Below, piece after piece: positions 1 to 8,759 of a stretch of DNA of 64,000 bases. Source of the stretch: Gemmatimonadota bacterium (GTDB taxonomy: Bacteria; Gemmatimonadota; Gemmatimonadetes; Palauibacterales; Palauibacteraceae); NCBI GenBank assembly GCA_046484665.1, contig JAWOIN010000160.1, positions 3,497 through 67,496 of the forward strand. The letters run 5' to 3'. A program made the position numbers and the translations under genes. The number at the start of each line of letters is the position of its first letter. The first letter of the stretch is position 1. A model generated the notes under the pieces. It saw nothing but the letters and a program-made list of their open reading frames with translations. It made no database searches and had not been told where the DNA came from.

Positions 1-1
1 C

Positions 2-70
2 GAGGCGCTCACGGCGGATGACCTTTTGAGTCAGTTCGCACGGGCGAAGCCCGACCCCGCGATCCGTTAG
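2..70 (+). CDS. Possible 3' end of an upstream gene, partial (reads ...EALTADDLLSQFARAKPDPAIR then stop)
   Basis: Open frame from the window edge to TAG at 68-70, followed by hairpins and a T-run. Too short to assign a family. Confidence 0.25.
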   Translation, partial: EALTADDLLSQFARAKPDPAIR

Positions 71-99
71 TCCCGCGCGACGCGGGAGTGTCCCGCGGA

Positions 100-137
100 G
101 GGGCGTGACACCTCATGACGGGCGTCACGCCCCTTTT
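100..137 (+). terminator. Candidate rho-independent terminator: GGGGCGTGAC, 14-nt loop, GTCACGCCCC, then TTTT
   Basis: Perfect 10-bp GC-rich inverted repeat at 100-109 and 124-133 followed by TTTT at 134-137. A smaller hairpin TCCCGCG-cga-CGCGGGA lies at 71-87. Both sit between the upstream stop and the citrate synthase start. Confidence 0.4.
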
Positions 138-201
138 GCACGATCCGGCCGCACGGGGCGCACGGCTTCGTCCCACGGCCCCATCCACGGAGATTCATCG
201 G

Positions 202-1329
202 ATGCCGGAATCCAGCTCCCGCCCCGGCCTCGCGGGCGTCGTGGCCGCCGAGACGGCGCTCTCGCACATCGATGGCGAGGCGGGGCGGCTCTGGTATCGG
301 GGCTACGACATCCACGCGCTCGCCGGCCAGGGGACGTTCGCCGAGTCGCTTTACCTGCTCTGGTACGGGGAGCTTCCGGGCCGCGCCGAGCTCTCGGCGT
401 TCGAGGGGCTTCTCGCCGCGGAGCGCGCCCTCCCGGAGCCGCTCGTCGAGCTCCTGCGGTCGCTGCCGGCCGGGACGCCCCCGATGTCGGGACTGCGGAC
501 GGCGGTCAGCGTCCTCGGGCAGCTCGACCCGGAATCGGAGGATCTCTCGCACGCGGCGAGTCTCCGGAAGGCGTCGCGGCTCGTGGCCCGCCTGCCGACG
601 GTCATCGCGGCGATCGAGAGGGCAGCCGCAGGTCTGGAGCCCCTGGATCCGGACGGGGGTCTTTCCCACGCCGCCAACTTCCTGTACATGCTCAACGGAA
701 AGCTGCCGGGGAAGGCGGAGGAGTCCGCGCTCGACACGTCGCTGCTGCTCTACCTGGAGCATGGGCTCAACGCCTCCACCTTCGCCTGCCGCGTGGTCGC
801 GTCCACGCTGTCGGACCTGCACTCGGCGATCACGGCCGGGGTGGGCGCGCTGAAGGGACCGCTGCACGGCGGCGCGAACCAGCGGGCGATGGAGATGCTG
901 TTCGAGATCGGCGAGCCCGGGAACATCGGTCCCTGGCTCGACGCGACGCTCGCCGCGAAGCGGAAGGTGATGGGCTTCGGCCACCGGGTCTACCGGACCG
1001 AGGACCCGCGGGCCACCCACCTTCGCCGGATCTCCGGCGAGCTGGCGCGATCCACGGGCGACGACGGCTGGCACGAGCTGGCCCTGCGGACGGAGGAGGC
1101 GATGCGGGAGCGCACGGGGATCCGATGCAACGTGGACTTCTACTGCGCTACCGTGTATCAGGGCCTCGGTCTTCCCCTTCGCCTGTTCACGCCGCTGTTC
1201 GCGATCGGGCGGGTCGGGGGGTGGGCGGCCCACGTGATGGAGCAGTACGGGAACAATCGCCTGATCCGGCCGCGCGCCTCCTTCACCGGCACGCTCGACC
1301 GGCCCTACGTCCGGATCGACGGACGCTGA
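202..1329 (+). CDS. gltA: Citrate synthase (short type)
   Basis: The translation [42 protein letters not shown]... matches the citrate synthase N-terminus and the family fold through to the end. The ATG at 202 is preceded by GGAG. The ORF-track start at 115 lies inside the terminator hairpin and is unlikely. Confidence 0.9.
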   Translation: MPESSSRPGLAGVVAAETALSHIDGEAGRLWYRGYDIHALAGQGTFAESLYLLWYGELPGRAELSAFEGLLAAERALPEPLVELLRSLPAGTPPMSGLRTAVSVLGQLDPESEDLSHAASLRKASRLVARLPTVIAAIERAAAGLEPLDPDGGLSHAANFLYMLNGKLPGKAEESALDTSLLLYLEHGLNASTFACRVVASTLSDLHSAITAGVGALKGPLHGGANQRAMEMLFEIGEPGNIGPWLDATLAAKRKVMGFGHRVYRTEDPRATHLRRISGELARSTGDDGWHELALRTEEAMRERTGIRCNVDFYCATVYQGLGLPLRLFTPLFAIGRVGGWAAHVMEQYGNNRLIRPRASFTGTLDRPYVRIDGR

Positions 1330-1366
1330 TTCCCGGGAACGAACCGCAACCACTCGAGAGGCGAGC

Positions 1367-2617
1367 ATGGCTTCCCAGCACCGATACGCGAAGGTTCCTG
1401 CCGAGGGCGCGCCGATCCGCGTCACGCCGCAAGGTCTCGACGTCCCCGACGAGCCGATCATCCCGTTCATCGAGGGCGACGGGATGGGCCCGGACATCTG
1501 GGCGGCGGCGGTCCGCGTGTTCGACGCGGCCGTCGAAAAGGTCTACGGCGGAGGCCGTCGGATCCGCTGGATGGAGGTGCTCGCGGGCGAGAAGGGCTTC
1601 CAGGTGACGGGGGAGTGGCTGCCCGGTGAGACGCTGGACGCGATCCGGGAGTTCTCTGTCGCGATCAAGGGCCCGCTCACGACGCCGGTCGGGGGCGGCA
1701 TCCGGTCGCTGAACGTCACGCTGCGGCAGGAGCTAGATCTCTACGCCTGCGTGCGGCCGTGTCGCTGGATCAAGGGGACGCCGTCGCCGGTGAAGGAGCC
1801 CCAGAAGCTGGACGTGGTCATCTACCGGGAGAACACGGAGGACGTGTACGCCGGGATCGAGTGGGCCGCCGGGAGCCCCGAGGCCGAGAAGGTCCGCGCC
1901 TTCCTGAACGACGAGATGGGCTGCTCGATCCGCGAGAACAGCGGCCTCGGGGTGAAGCCGATCTCCGAGTTCGGGACCAAGCGGCTCGTCGCGATGTGCA
2001 TCCGGGAGGCCCTGAAAGCGGGCGTGCGCTCCGTGACGCTCGTCCACAAGGGCAACATCATGAAGTACACAGAGGGCGCGTTCCGCGAATGGGGCTACGA
2101 GGTAGCGCGGGAGCAGTTCGGCGACGTGACGATCACCGAGACGGAGCTGTGGAGCGCCTTCGACGGCAAGCAGCCCGAGGGGAAGCTGGTGATCAAGGAC
2201 CGCATCGCGGACGCGATGTTCCAGCAGATCCTGCTCCGTCCCGCCGAGTACGACTTTCTCGCTCTCCCGAACCTGAACGGCGACTACCTGTCGGACGCCT
2301 GCGCCGCCCAGGTCGGTGGGCTCGGGATGGCGCCCGGGGCGAACATCGGGGACGAGGTCGCGCTGTTCGAAGCCACGCACGGTACCGCTCCCAAGTACGC
2401 CGGGCTGAACAAGGTGAACCCGACATCGCTGATCCTCTCCGGCGTCATGATGCTCGAGCACATGGGCTGGCAGGAGGCGGCCGACGCGGCGCTGTCGGGC
2501 ATCGAGCGCACGGTGGGCGAGAAGTACGTCACGTACGACCTCGAGCGGCAAATGGAAGGCGCGACCCTGGCCCGCACGTCGGAGTTCGGAGACAGGATCA
2601 TCCACAACATCCGCTGA
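1367..2617 (+). CDS. icd: NADP-dependent isocitrate dehydrogenase
   Basis: 416 aa. The motifs [14 protein letters not shown] and DLYACVRP, and the overall pattern, match homodimeric Icd. An RBS, GAGAGG, lies upstream. Confidence 0.93.
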   Translation: MASQHRYAKVPAEGAPIRVTPQGLDVPDEPIIPFIEGDGMGPDIWAAAVRVFDAAVEKVYGGGRRIRWMEVLAGEKGFQVTGEWLPGETLDAIREFSVAIKGPLTTPVGGGIRSLNVTLRQELDLYACVRPCRWIKGTPSPVKEPQKLDVVIYRENTEDVYAGIEWAAGSPEAEKVRAFLNDEMGCSIRENSGLGVKPISEFGTKRLVAMCIREALKAGVRSVTLVHKGNIMKYTEGAFREWGYEVAREQFGDVTITETELWSAFDGKQPEGKLVIKDRIADAMFQQILLRPAEYDFLALPNLNGDYLSDACAAQVGGLGMAPGANIGDEVALFEATHGTAPKYAGLNKVNPTSLILSGVMMLEHMGWQEAADAALSGIERTVGEKYVTYDLERQMEGATLARTSEFGDRIIHNIR

Positions 2618-2723
2618 CGAGGGACCCGGCCGTCGGGCCGGGCCCCCGAGCGGGAGACACGTCCGTCCGCCGGGCGGGGCGAAGTGGGCCGGTCCGCCCG
2701 ACCGGGCGGGAAGGAAGCGGCGA

Positions 2724-4658
2724 TTGGCGGTGCTCCGACGCTGGAGAGTCCGACCGGGGTCAGGTTCCGCGTCGGGAAGGGGGGCCCGCCGCGCGGGCCC
2801 TGCGCCGGGGCGCTTCGCGTCCCTCGGCCGGGCTCTTGCGGCGGCCCTCCTCGTCGCCGGGCCCGCGGCCGCCTCCGCGCAGGAGACGGATCGCCCGGCC
2901 CGGCCGGCCGCGGCCGGCGCCGACTCGGCGGGGGCGGCCGGGGACACGCTGGTCGGCCCCCTCGAGGTGCCGCTTGAGGGCGTCCTCCGCGACAGCGTCG
3001 GGGAGGCGCGGTACGCACGCCTCGTTCTCCCACCCGATCTCCCGCCGCCGGCCGGCGCCGCGGTGATCGCGGACTGGGCCCGCGACCGCATCCTCCGGAG
3101 CAATGCGCTCACGCTCCTGGAGCTCCTTCAGGAAATGTCCGACGTGACCCCGGTCCGCGCCCTGTTCTTCGGAGGACCTGCGCACGCCCTCGTCGGCGCC
3201 TTCGGGCCGGGCTTCGTCACGGTCCGGGTGGACGGGCGCGAGGCCACGGCGATGGACGGGGCGCAGCCGGACCTGACCCGGTTCCCGCTGGCGTACCTCC
3301 AGCGCGTGCGCCTGCTCCGGGGCGCGACCGGGGCGATCGTGGAGCTCACGACCCTGTCGCGGGAACGGAAGGACGCCTACTCCCGGATCGAGGGAGGGAC
3401 GGGCGACCCGAGCCTCTCCCGCCTGCGGCTCGTCTACGACAACGGCTTCGGAAGCTCCTTCCGGGCCGCGGCGGCCGCCGAGCTCCTCGATGTCGACGCG
3501 GACCCCGCCTCGAGCGACTTCGACTTCTGGGTGAACCTGGAGTGGGCTCCGGGAGAAGGGGGGTCGGGGCTCGAGCTCGCGTACGGGACGGAGTCCATGG
3601 AGCGCGATCTCTACGCGACCGAGAAGATCAGCCGGGGAGAGCTCGTGCTGCGCGGCCGGCTCGCCCTCGGGGAGGCGCTCCTGCTGGAGGCGCACGGCGG
3701 GCGGACGAGATGGAAGCTCGAGGACGTCCTGGGCGAGGACGTTCCGGAGCGGTCCGTCGCGAGCGGTGGCCTGTCGCTCGCAGGGCTCTGGGACCGCGCC
3801 TGGTTCCGGACGGAGGCCGCCGCCTGGGACGGCGCGGCGTATCCCACCGTCCAGTTCGAGGCGGACGCCGGACTTCGGGTCGCGGGGCCGCTCGGGCTCG
3901 ATGTCGGGGGCCGGCTCGGGTCGTGGGAGGACTTCGGCAGCTCCGAGCTCCGGGCCGGCGTCGGGCTCGCCCTGCCGCTCGGGCTCACTCTGCGGGCGCA
4001 GGCGGCTACGGGGACGCGGGGCGTCTCCTACCCGGCCCTGGAGCGCGCGGACTCCGTCGGGTTCGACGCCCTGACCGGTCGCCTTGACTTCCGCGGCGGG
4101 CCGTTTCACCTGTACGGCCTCGCCGAGCGCCAGAGCCTGGACCGGCAGCTCCCGTTCGGCGCCACGTTCGACCGGCTCCAGGCTCCCGGTGGTCCGGCCG
4201 ACGTCACCGGCCTGGAGGGCGGTGGAGACGTGCCGGTCCTTCCCCTGTCGTGGATCGCGGGCGGACTCGATCCGGTCCGGGCGCGCGGCTTCTTCCGCCG
4301 CAACAATTGGGACGGCGACCAGGTCGTGCTCTACCTGCCCCAGTACCTCGCGCGCGGCGAGCTGTCTTTCGTCGACGAGTTCTTCGACGGAAACCTCGAG
4401 GTCCGGCTCGGCTTCGGCGTGAACCACCGGGCGGCCATGCGGACCGCCTCGGCCGACGCCCCGACCACGGAGACGGACGCGACGACTGCCGTGCCCGCCT
4501 TCACGTTTCTCGACTGGAACATGGGGATCCGCGTGATGAGCGTGCTCGTGTACTTCCGCTTCGACAACATGTCGCGTCGGGCCGCGGGGGACCTTCCGGG
4601 CCTCGCGTTCCCGATCGCGCGTTCGGCGTTCGGCGTGAAGTGGGAGTTCCTGAACTGA
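2724..4658 (+). CDS. Putative outer-membrane protein with a TonB-dependent-receptor plug-like domain
   Basis: It has a signal-peptide-like N-terminus (RRAGPAPGRFASLGRALAAALLVAGPAAASAQE). The segment LLELLQEMSDVTPVRALFFGGPAHALVGAFGPGFVTVRVDGREATAMDGAQPDLTRFPLAYLQRVRLLRGATGAIVELTT resembles a TBDR plug. The rest is rich in G/S/T/aromatic residues, as in beta-barrels. The start is uncertain (TTG at 2724 or GTG at 2730). Confidence 0.6.
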   Translation: MAVLRRWRVRPGSGSASGRGARRAGPAPGRFASLGRALAAALLVAGPAAASAQETDRPARPAAAGADSAGAAGDTLVGPLEVPLEGVLRDSVGEARYARLVLPPDLPPPAGAAVIADWARDRILRSNALTLLELLQEMSDVTPVRALFFGGPAHALVGAFGPGFVTVRVDGREATAMDGAQPDLTRFPLAYLQRVRLLRGATGAIVELTTLSRERKDAYSRIEGGTGDPSLSRLRLVYDNGFGSSFRAAAAAELLDVDADPASSDFDFWVNLEWAPGEGGSGLELAYGTESMERDLYATEKISRGELVLRGRLALGEALLLEAHGGRTRWKLEDVLGEDVPERSVASGGLSLAGLWDRAWFRTEAAAWDGAAYPTVQFEADAGLRVAGPLGLDVGGRLGSWEDFGSSELRAGVGLALPLGLTLRAQAATGTRGVSYPALERADSVGFDALTGRLDFRGGPFHLYGLAERQSLDRQLPFGATFDRLQAPGGPADVTGLEGGGDVPVLPLSWIAGGLDPVRARGFFRRNNWDGDQVVLYLPQYLARGELSFVDEFFDGNLEVRLGFGVNHRAAMRTASADAPTTETDATTAVPAFTFLDWNMGIRVMSVLVYFRFDNMSRRAAGDLPGLAFPIARSAFGVKWEFLN

Positions 4659-4756
4659 TCCGCTCGACCGCGACCCCGGGTTACGGGCCATTGTAACCGT
4701 CCGTATGTCATATCGATGCAACTTGTGATCTTAGGTGATTTCTCGGTGTTCGGGCG

Positions 4757-4786
4757 TTGACTCGGGACGATCCGCCGGCGTATGAT
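4757..4786 (+). promoter_or_regulatory. Sigma70-like promoter: TTGACT, 18-nt spacer, TATGAT
   Basis: TTGACT at 4757-4762 and TATGAT at 4781-4786, in an AT-rich patch just upstream of the yicC ATG at 4796. The predicted transcript would be leaderless or nearly so. Confidence 0.4.
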
Positions 4787-4795
4787 CTTCCGTCT

Positions 4796-5680
4796 ATGAT
4801 CCGGAGCATGACAGGGTTCGGCTCGGCCGACTTCGAGTCGGCCGACGGAACGGGGAGCCTCGAGCTCCGCTCGGTGAACTCCCGGCACCTGAAGCTGAAC
4901 TTCCGGCTTCCGCCGGGCGCGGAGGTGGCCGAGGAGCTCCTCCGGGAGGCGATCTCGGCAGAGGTTCGTCGCGGTCACGTAGACGTCGCGCTGCGGCTCG
5001 GACAGGGAACCGGGTCGGGGTCGCGGCTGGCGCTCGACGAGGGCCGGCTGGAGGATTACCTGCAGGCCTTCGGGGCGCTTCGGGCGCGACACGGGATAGA
5101 AGGCGATGTCGATCTCGACCTCGTGAGCCGGCTCGACGGGGTCATCGCCGAGCGGCTGGAGGAGCGGGGCGACACGCTCGACACGCAGGCGCTCCGGACG
5201 GCGGCGGCGTCCGCTCTCGCGGAGCTGCTCGAGATGCGCCGTCGGGAGGGCGACCGCCTGGCGACCGAGCTCCGCGAGCGGCTGGCGGCGATCGGAGCGC
5301 GACTCGAGGCGGTCGAAGAGCTGGCGCCGAGGCGGCTCGACGCCGAGCGCGAGCGGCTCCGCCGGTCGGTCGAGGAGCTGGCGGCGGGGGTCGACCTCGA
5401 CCCGGATCGCCTCGTGCGCGAGATCGCGATCCTCGCCGACCGGTGGGACGTCCGGGAGGAGATCGTGCGGGCGCGGGCGCACGTCGCCGCGTTCGCCGAT
5501 CTGCTCGCGCTCCCGGAGGACGAGCCGGTCGGGAAGCGTCTCGGCTTCCTGAGCCAGGAGCTGCTCCGGGAGATCAACACGATCGGCTCGAAGGGGAACG
5601 ACGCGACGATCGCCCGGCACGTGGTCGAGGCGAAGAACGAGCTCGAGACGCTCAGGGAGCAGATCGAGAACGTGGAATGA
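4796..5680 (+). CDS. yicC: YicC family stress-induced protein
   Basis: It begins MIRSMTGFGS, the same as the E. coli YicC N-terminus MIRSMTAYAR. It is followed by SLELRSVNSRHLKLNFRLP. The length is about 294 aa. Confidence 0.9.
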   Translation: MIRSMTGFGSADFESADGTGSLELRSVNSRHLKLNFRLPPGAEVAEELLREAISAEVRRGHVDVALRLGQGTGSGSRLALDEGRLEDYLQAFGALRARHGIEGDVDLDLVSRLDGVIAERLEERGDTLDTQALRTAAASALAELLEMRRREGDRLATELRERLAAIGARLEAVEELAPRRLDAERERLRRSVEELAAGVDLDPDRLVREIAILADRWDVREEIVRARAHVAAFADLLALPEDEPVGKRLGFLSQELLREINTIGSKGNDATIARHVVEAKNELETLREQIENVE

Positions 5681-6333
5681 GCGGTCTCCGGGCGCCGGTC
5701 GCCCTGGTCGTCGCGGGTCCCTCGGGCGGCGGGAAGACGACGGTCTGCCGGCGTCTCCTCGCGCGGCGGAGCGATGTGGAGTTTTCGGTCTCGGCCACCA
5801 CGCGCGGGCAGCGTGACGGGGAGCGCGACGGAGTGGACTACCGGTTCCTCTCCCGTCCGACGTTCGAGGCGCTGACCGCGGCGGGCGAGCTCCTCGAGTG
5901 GGCGGAGGTGCACACCGAGCTCTACGGGACGCCGCGCGGGAATCTCGAGGCGGCGCGGCGAGCCGGACGGAGCCTGCTCCTCGACATCGACGTGCAGGGC
6001 GCCCGGCAGGTGCGGGAGCGCGTGCCGGACGCGGTCCTCGTGTTCCTGCTTCCGCCCAGCGCCACCGTGCTGCTCCGGCGGCTGCGCGGACGGGGGAGCG
6101 AGAGCGGCGACGCGGTCCGGCGCCGGATGCGAACGGCGCTGTCGGAGCTCGCGGCGGCGTCGGAGTTCGATTACGTCGTCGAGAACGACGACCTGGACGC
6201 GACGGTCGACACCGTCGAGGCGATCCTCGACGCGGAGAGCCGTCGCACCTCGCGATGCCGGGAGCGCATCGCGGAGCGCGCCGCGATCCTGCGGGAGGCC
6301 CTCGAAGCCGAGGCGGCCGGCGCGGAACCCTGA
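5677..6333 (+). CDS. gmk: Guanylate kinase
   Basis: The start reads MSGLRAPVALVVAGPSGGGKTT and carries a P-loop. The ATG overlaps the yicC stop (ATGA). The gmk-rpoZ-coaBC order is classic. Confidence 0.93.
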   Translation: MSGLRAPVALVVAGPSGGGKTTVCRRLLARRSDVEFSVSATTRGQRDGERDGVDYRFLSRPTFEALTAAGELLEWAEVHTELYGTPRGNLEAARRAGRSLLLDIDVQGARQVRERVPDAVLVFLLPPSATVLLRRLRGRGSESGDAVRRRMRTALSELAAASEFDYVVENDDLDATVDTVEAILDAESRRTSRCRERIAERAAILREALEAEAAGAEP

Positions 6334-6350
6334 GATCAGGAGACGAAGAC

Positions 6351-6569
6351 GTGACGAAGGTGTTCAGCCCCGACGACCTCGTTCCGAACGCGCCCGACAA
6401 GTACATGGGCGTGCTGGTGGCCGCGAAGTACGCCCGGGAGCTCAACGCGCTGCCGCTGGAGCGCTCGCCGTACGGAGCGCGGAAGCTGACGACGATGGCG
6501 CTCGAGGCCCTCGGATCGGGGAACCTCGAGTTCCGTCTCACGCAGCGACGTCGCCCCGGCGTCGACTGA
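6351..6569 (+). CDS. rpoZ: DNA-directed RNA polymerase subunit omega
   Basis: GTG start at 6351, preceded by GGAG. The 72-aa product ...DKYMGVLVAAKYARELNA... sits at the conserved position downstream of gmk. Confidence 0.85.
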   Translation: MTKVFSPDDLVPNAPDKYMGVLVAAKYARELNALPLERSPYGARKLTTMALEALGSGNLEFRLTQRRRPGVD

Positions 6570-6579
6570 GGCGAAGGCC

Positions 6580-7803
6580 GTGCGCCCGTTCGACGGGAGG
6601 CGGATTCTCCTGGTCGTTTCCGGGGGAATCGCGGCGTACAAGAGCGCGTACCTGCTCCGCCGGCTCGGCGAGGCGGGCGCGGTCGTTGACGTCCTGATGA
6701 CTCGAGCGGCGGAGCGTTTCGTCGGCCCGGTGACGTACGAGGCGCTGTCGGGCCGGCCCGTGCACACGGACATCTGGGAGCGGCCGCTCGCGCACGTTGA
6801 GCTCGGGCGCGACGCGGAACTCGCGATCGTCGCCCCGGCGACGGCGGACCTGCTCGCGGGAATGGCGCACGGGCGGGCGGACGACCTGGCGACGGCGACC
6901 CTGCTCGCGGCGGCCTGCCCGATTCTGGCCTGCCCGGCGATGAACGGGCGCATGTGGGAGAATCCCGCCACCCGCGAGAACGTCCGGGTGCTGGCGGAGC
7001 GCGGCGTGCGGCTGCTGGGTCCCGCCTTCGGTCCGCTCGCCGAGGGCGAGATCGCCCTCGGACGGATGGAGGAGCCGGCGCGGATCATGGCCGAGGCAGG
7101 ACGCCTGCTCGAGACGGGCTCGGCGTTCGCCGGCCGCCGCGTGGTGGTGACGGCGGGCTCGACCCGGGCTCCGGTCGACCCGGTCCGGTACGTGGGGAAC
7201 CGATCGTCCGGTCGCATGGGATTCGCTCTCGCGGAGTCGGCGTGGCGTCGCGGGGCGGAGGTGGTCTGCGTGCACGGTCCCGTCACGGTAGAGCCGCCGC
7301 ACGGGCCGCGCCTCGTCGCCGTGGAGACGAGCGCCGGGATGGGCGAGGCGCTCGCGCGCGAGCTCGAAGGGTCCGACGTACTCCTGATGGCCGCCGCCGT
7401 CTCGGACTTCGTGATGGCCGAGCCGCGGAGTTCGAAGATCCGCAAGGAGAGCGAGGGGGGCGGAGAGCTGCGGCTCCGGATGGTCCGGGGGCCCGACCTG
7501 CTGGGCGAGACGCGGGAGCTTCGCGCGCGGCAGGGCACGTTCACGCTCGGCTTCGCGCTGGAGATGGAGAACGGTCCGGAGAACGCCCTGCGCAAGCTGA
7601 AGGAGAAGGGGATGGACCTCGTCGCCCTGAACGACGCAGGGCGTCCGGACACGGGCCTCGAGGCGGAGACCAACCGGATCACGCTCATCGACGCCTCCGG
7701 GGCCAGCGAGGAACTGCCGCTCCTGTCGAAGCGGGAGGTCGCCGACCTGCTGCTCGACCGGGTCGAGGCCAGGCTGAACGCCCGCCCGGTCACGGCGGGC
7801 TGA
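6580..7803 (+). CDS. coaBC: Bifunctional phosphopantothenoylcysteine decarboxylase / phosphopantothenate-cysteine ligase
   Basis: The flavoprotein N-domain reads RILLVVSGGIAAYKSAYLLRRL. The CoaB C-domain follows (VVVTAGSTRAPVDPVRYVGNRSSGRMGFALAE). The product is 407 aa. Confidence 0.93.
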   Translation: MRPFDGRRILLVVSGGIAAYKSAYLLRRLGEAGAVVDVLMTRAAERFVGPVTYEALSGRPVHTDIWERPLAHVELGRDAELAIVAPATADLLAGMAHGRADDLATATLLAAACPILACPAMNGRMWENPATRENVRVLAERGVRLLGPAFGPLAEGEIALGRMEEPARIMAEAGRLLETGSAFAGRRVVVTAGSTRAPVDPVRYVGNRSSGRMGFALAESAWRRGAEVVCVHGPVTVEPPHGPRLVAVETSAGMGEALARELEGSDVLLMAAAVSDFVMAEPRSSKIRKESEGGGELRLRMVRGPDLLGETRELRARQGTFTLGFALEMENGPENALRKLKEKGMDLVALNDAGRPDTGLEAETNRITLIDASGASEELPLLSKREVADLLLDRVEARLNARPVTAG

Positions 7804-7811
7804 GACCCTCC

Positions 7812-8759
7812 GTGTCGGACGCCGCCCGGCTCCTCCGCGCGCACATTCTGCACCGACGCGCACTCGGCGAGAAGGAGGTGTTCCTTCCGCCCGGGACCCG
7901 CGGGACCATCCTCGCCCGCATCTCGTCCCTCGCCTCCGGGGCGGCGGGAGACGACGGTCGCCCCCCGGGCCCCGTGCAACCCGGCGCCCCGGCCACCCCG
8001 GCCCCAGCCAGGGCCCGGGCCGGCCGCCGTCCCCGTGAGGAAGAACGGCCGGCCGCCGTCCCGGCACCGGCCCGGCTGACGGGCGAGCTCGCCCGGCTCG
8101 CGGCCGCGGGCACGGCCGCGGAGATCGAGGCGCTTCCCGACCTCGCGACGCTGCGGGCCGTGGCGGACGCCTGCACGCGCTGCGCACTGCACGAGGGCCG
8201 GTCGCAGCCGGTGTTCGCGGACGGCTCCCCCGACGCCCGCGTGCTCTGCGTGGGCGAGGCCCCCGGACAGCGGGAGGACGAGACCGGCCTCCCGTTCGTC
8301 GGGCGCGCGGGCCAGCTCCTGGACCGACTCCTGCTGAGCGTGGGGCTGCGGCGCCACGACGTGTTCATCTGCAACGTCCTCAAGTGCCGGCCTCCCGGAA
8401 ACCGGAACCCGCTCCCCGCAGAGATCGAGCTCTGTTCCCCCTTCCTGCGCCGGCAGGTAGCCCTCGTCGAGCCGGAGGTCGTCGTCGCGTTCGGGACATT
8501 CGCGGCCCGCACCCTGCTCGGCACGGCGGACCCGCTCGGCCGGCTTCGCGGCCGGACACACCGGTTCGAGGGCCGTCCGACGGTCGTCACGTACCATCCG
8601 GCGGCGCTGCTGCGGAACCCCGGCTGGACGCGGGCGACGTGGGGGGACCTGCAGCGGGTGCGGGCGCTCCTGGAGGGTGCGGAGGGCGGGCCGGCCGGAG
8701 GGGAGACGGCGGGCGGCGCCGAGCAGTCGGAGCTGATCCCGGGAGTCGACGATGGCTGA
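7812..8759 (+). CDS. Uracil-DNA glycosylase, family 4, with an N-terminal extension
   Basis: The C-terminal 200 aa carry CTRCALHEGRSQPVFADGSPDARVLCVGEAPGQREDETGLPFVGRAGQLL and FICNVLKCRPPGNRNP. The N-terminal ~100 aa are low-complexity. A GTG start at 7812 follows the coaBC stop. Only this C-terminal part of the long track ORF 6954..8759 is real. Confidence 0.8.
   Translation: MSDAARLLRAHILHRRALGEKEVFLPPGTRGTILARISSLASGAAGDDGRPPGPVQPGAPATPAPARARAGRRPREEERPAAVPAPARLTGELARLAAAGTAAEIEALPDLATLRAVADACTRCALHEGRSQPVFADGSPDARVLCVGEAPGQREDETGLPFVGRAGQLLDRLLLSVGLRRHDVFICNVLKCRPPGNRNPLPAEIELCSPFLRRQVALVEPEVVVAFGTFAARTLLGTADPLGRLRGRTHRFEGRPTVVTYHPAALLRNPGWTRATWGDLQRVRALLEGAEGGPAGGETAGGAEQSELIPGVDDG

Noticed and set aside
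115-201. ORF-track start at 115 for citrate synthase
   Set aside because: The ATG at 115 lies inside the 10-bp terminator-like hairpin (100-133). The N-terminal 29 aa are junk-like. The ATG at 202 has a GGAG and gives a canonical N-terminus.
6954-7811. N-terminal 285 codons of track ORF 6954..8759 and the other long in-frame readthroughs
   Set aside because: This part overlaps coaBC in another frame and has junk composition. Only the C-terminal uracil-DNA-glycosylase part from GTG 7812 is real. The same logic places dnaB-frame ORF 9702 (radA), ORF 10184 (ispD), ORF 15859 (tpiA), ORF 53553 (purE) and others at internal starts.
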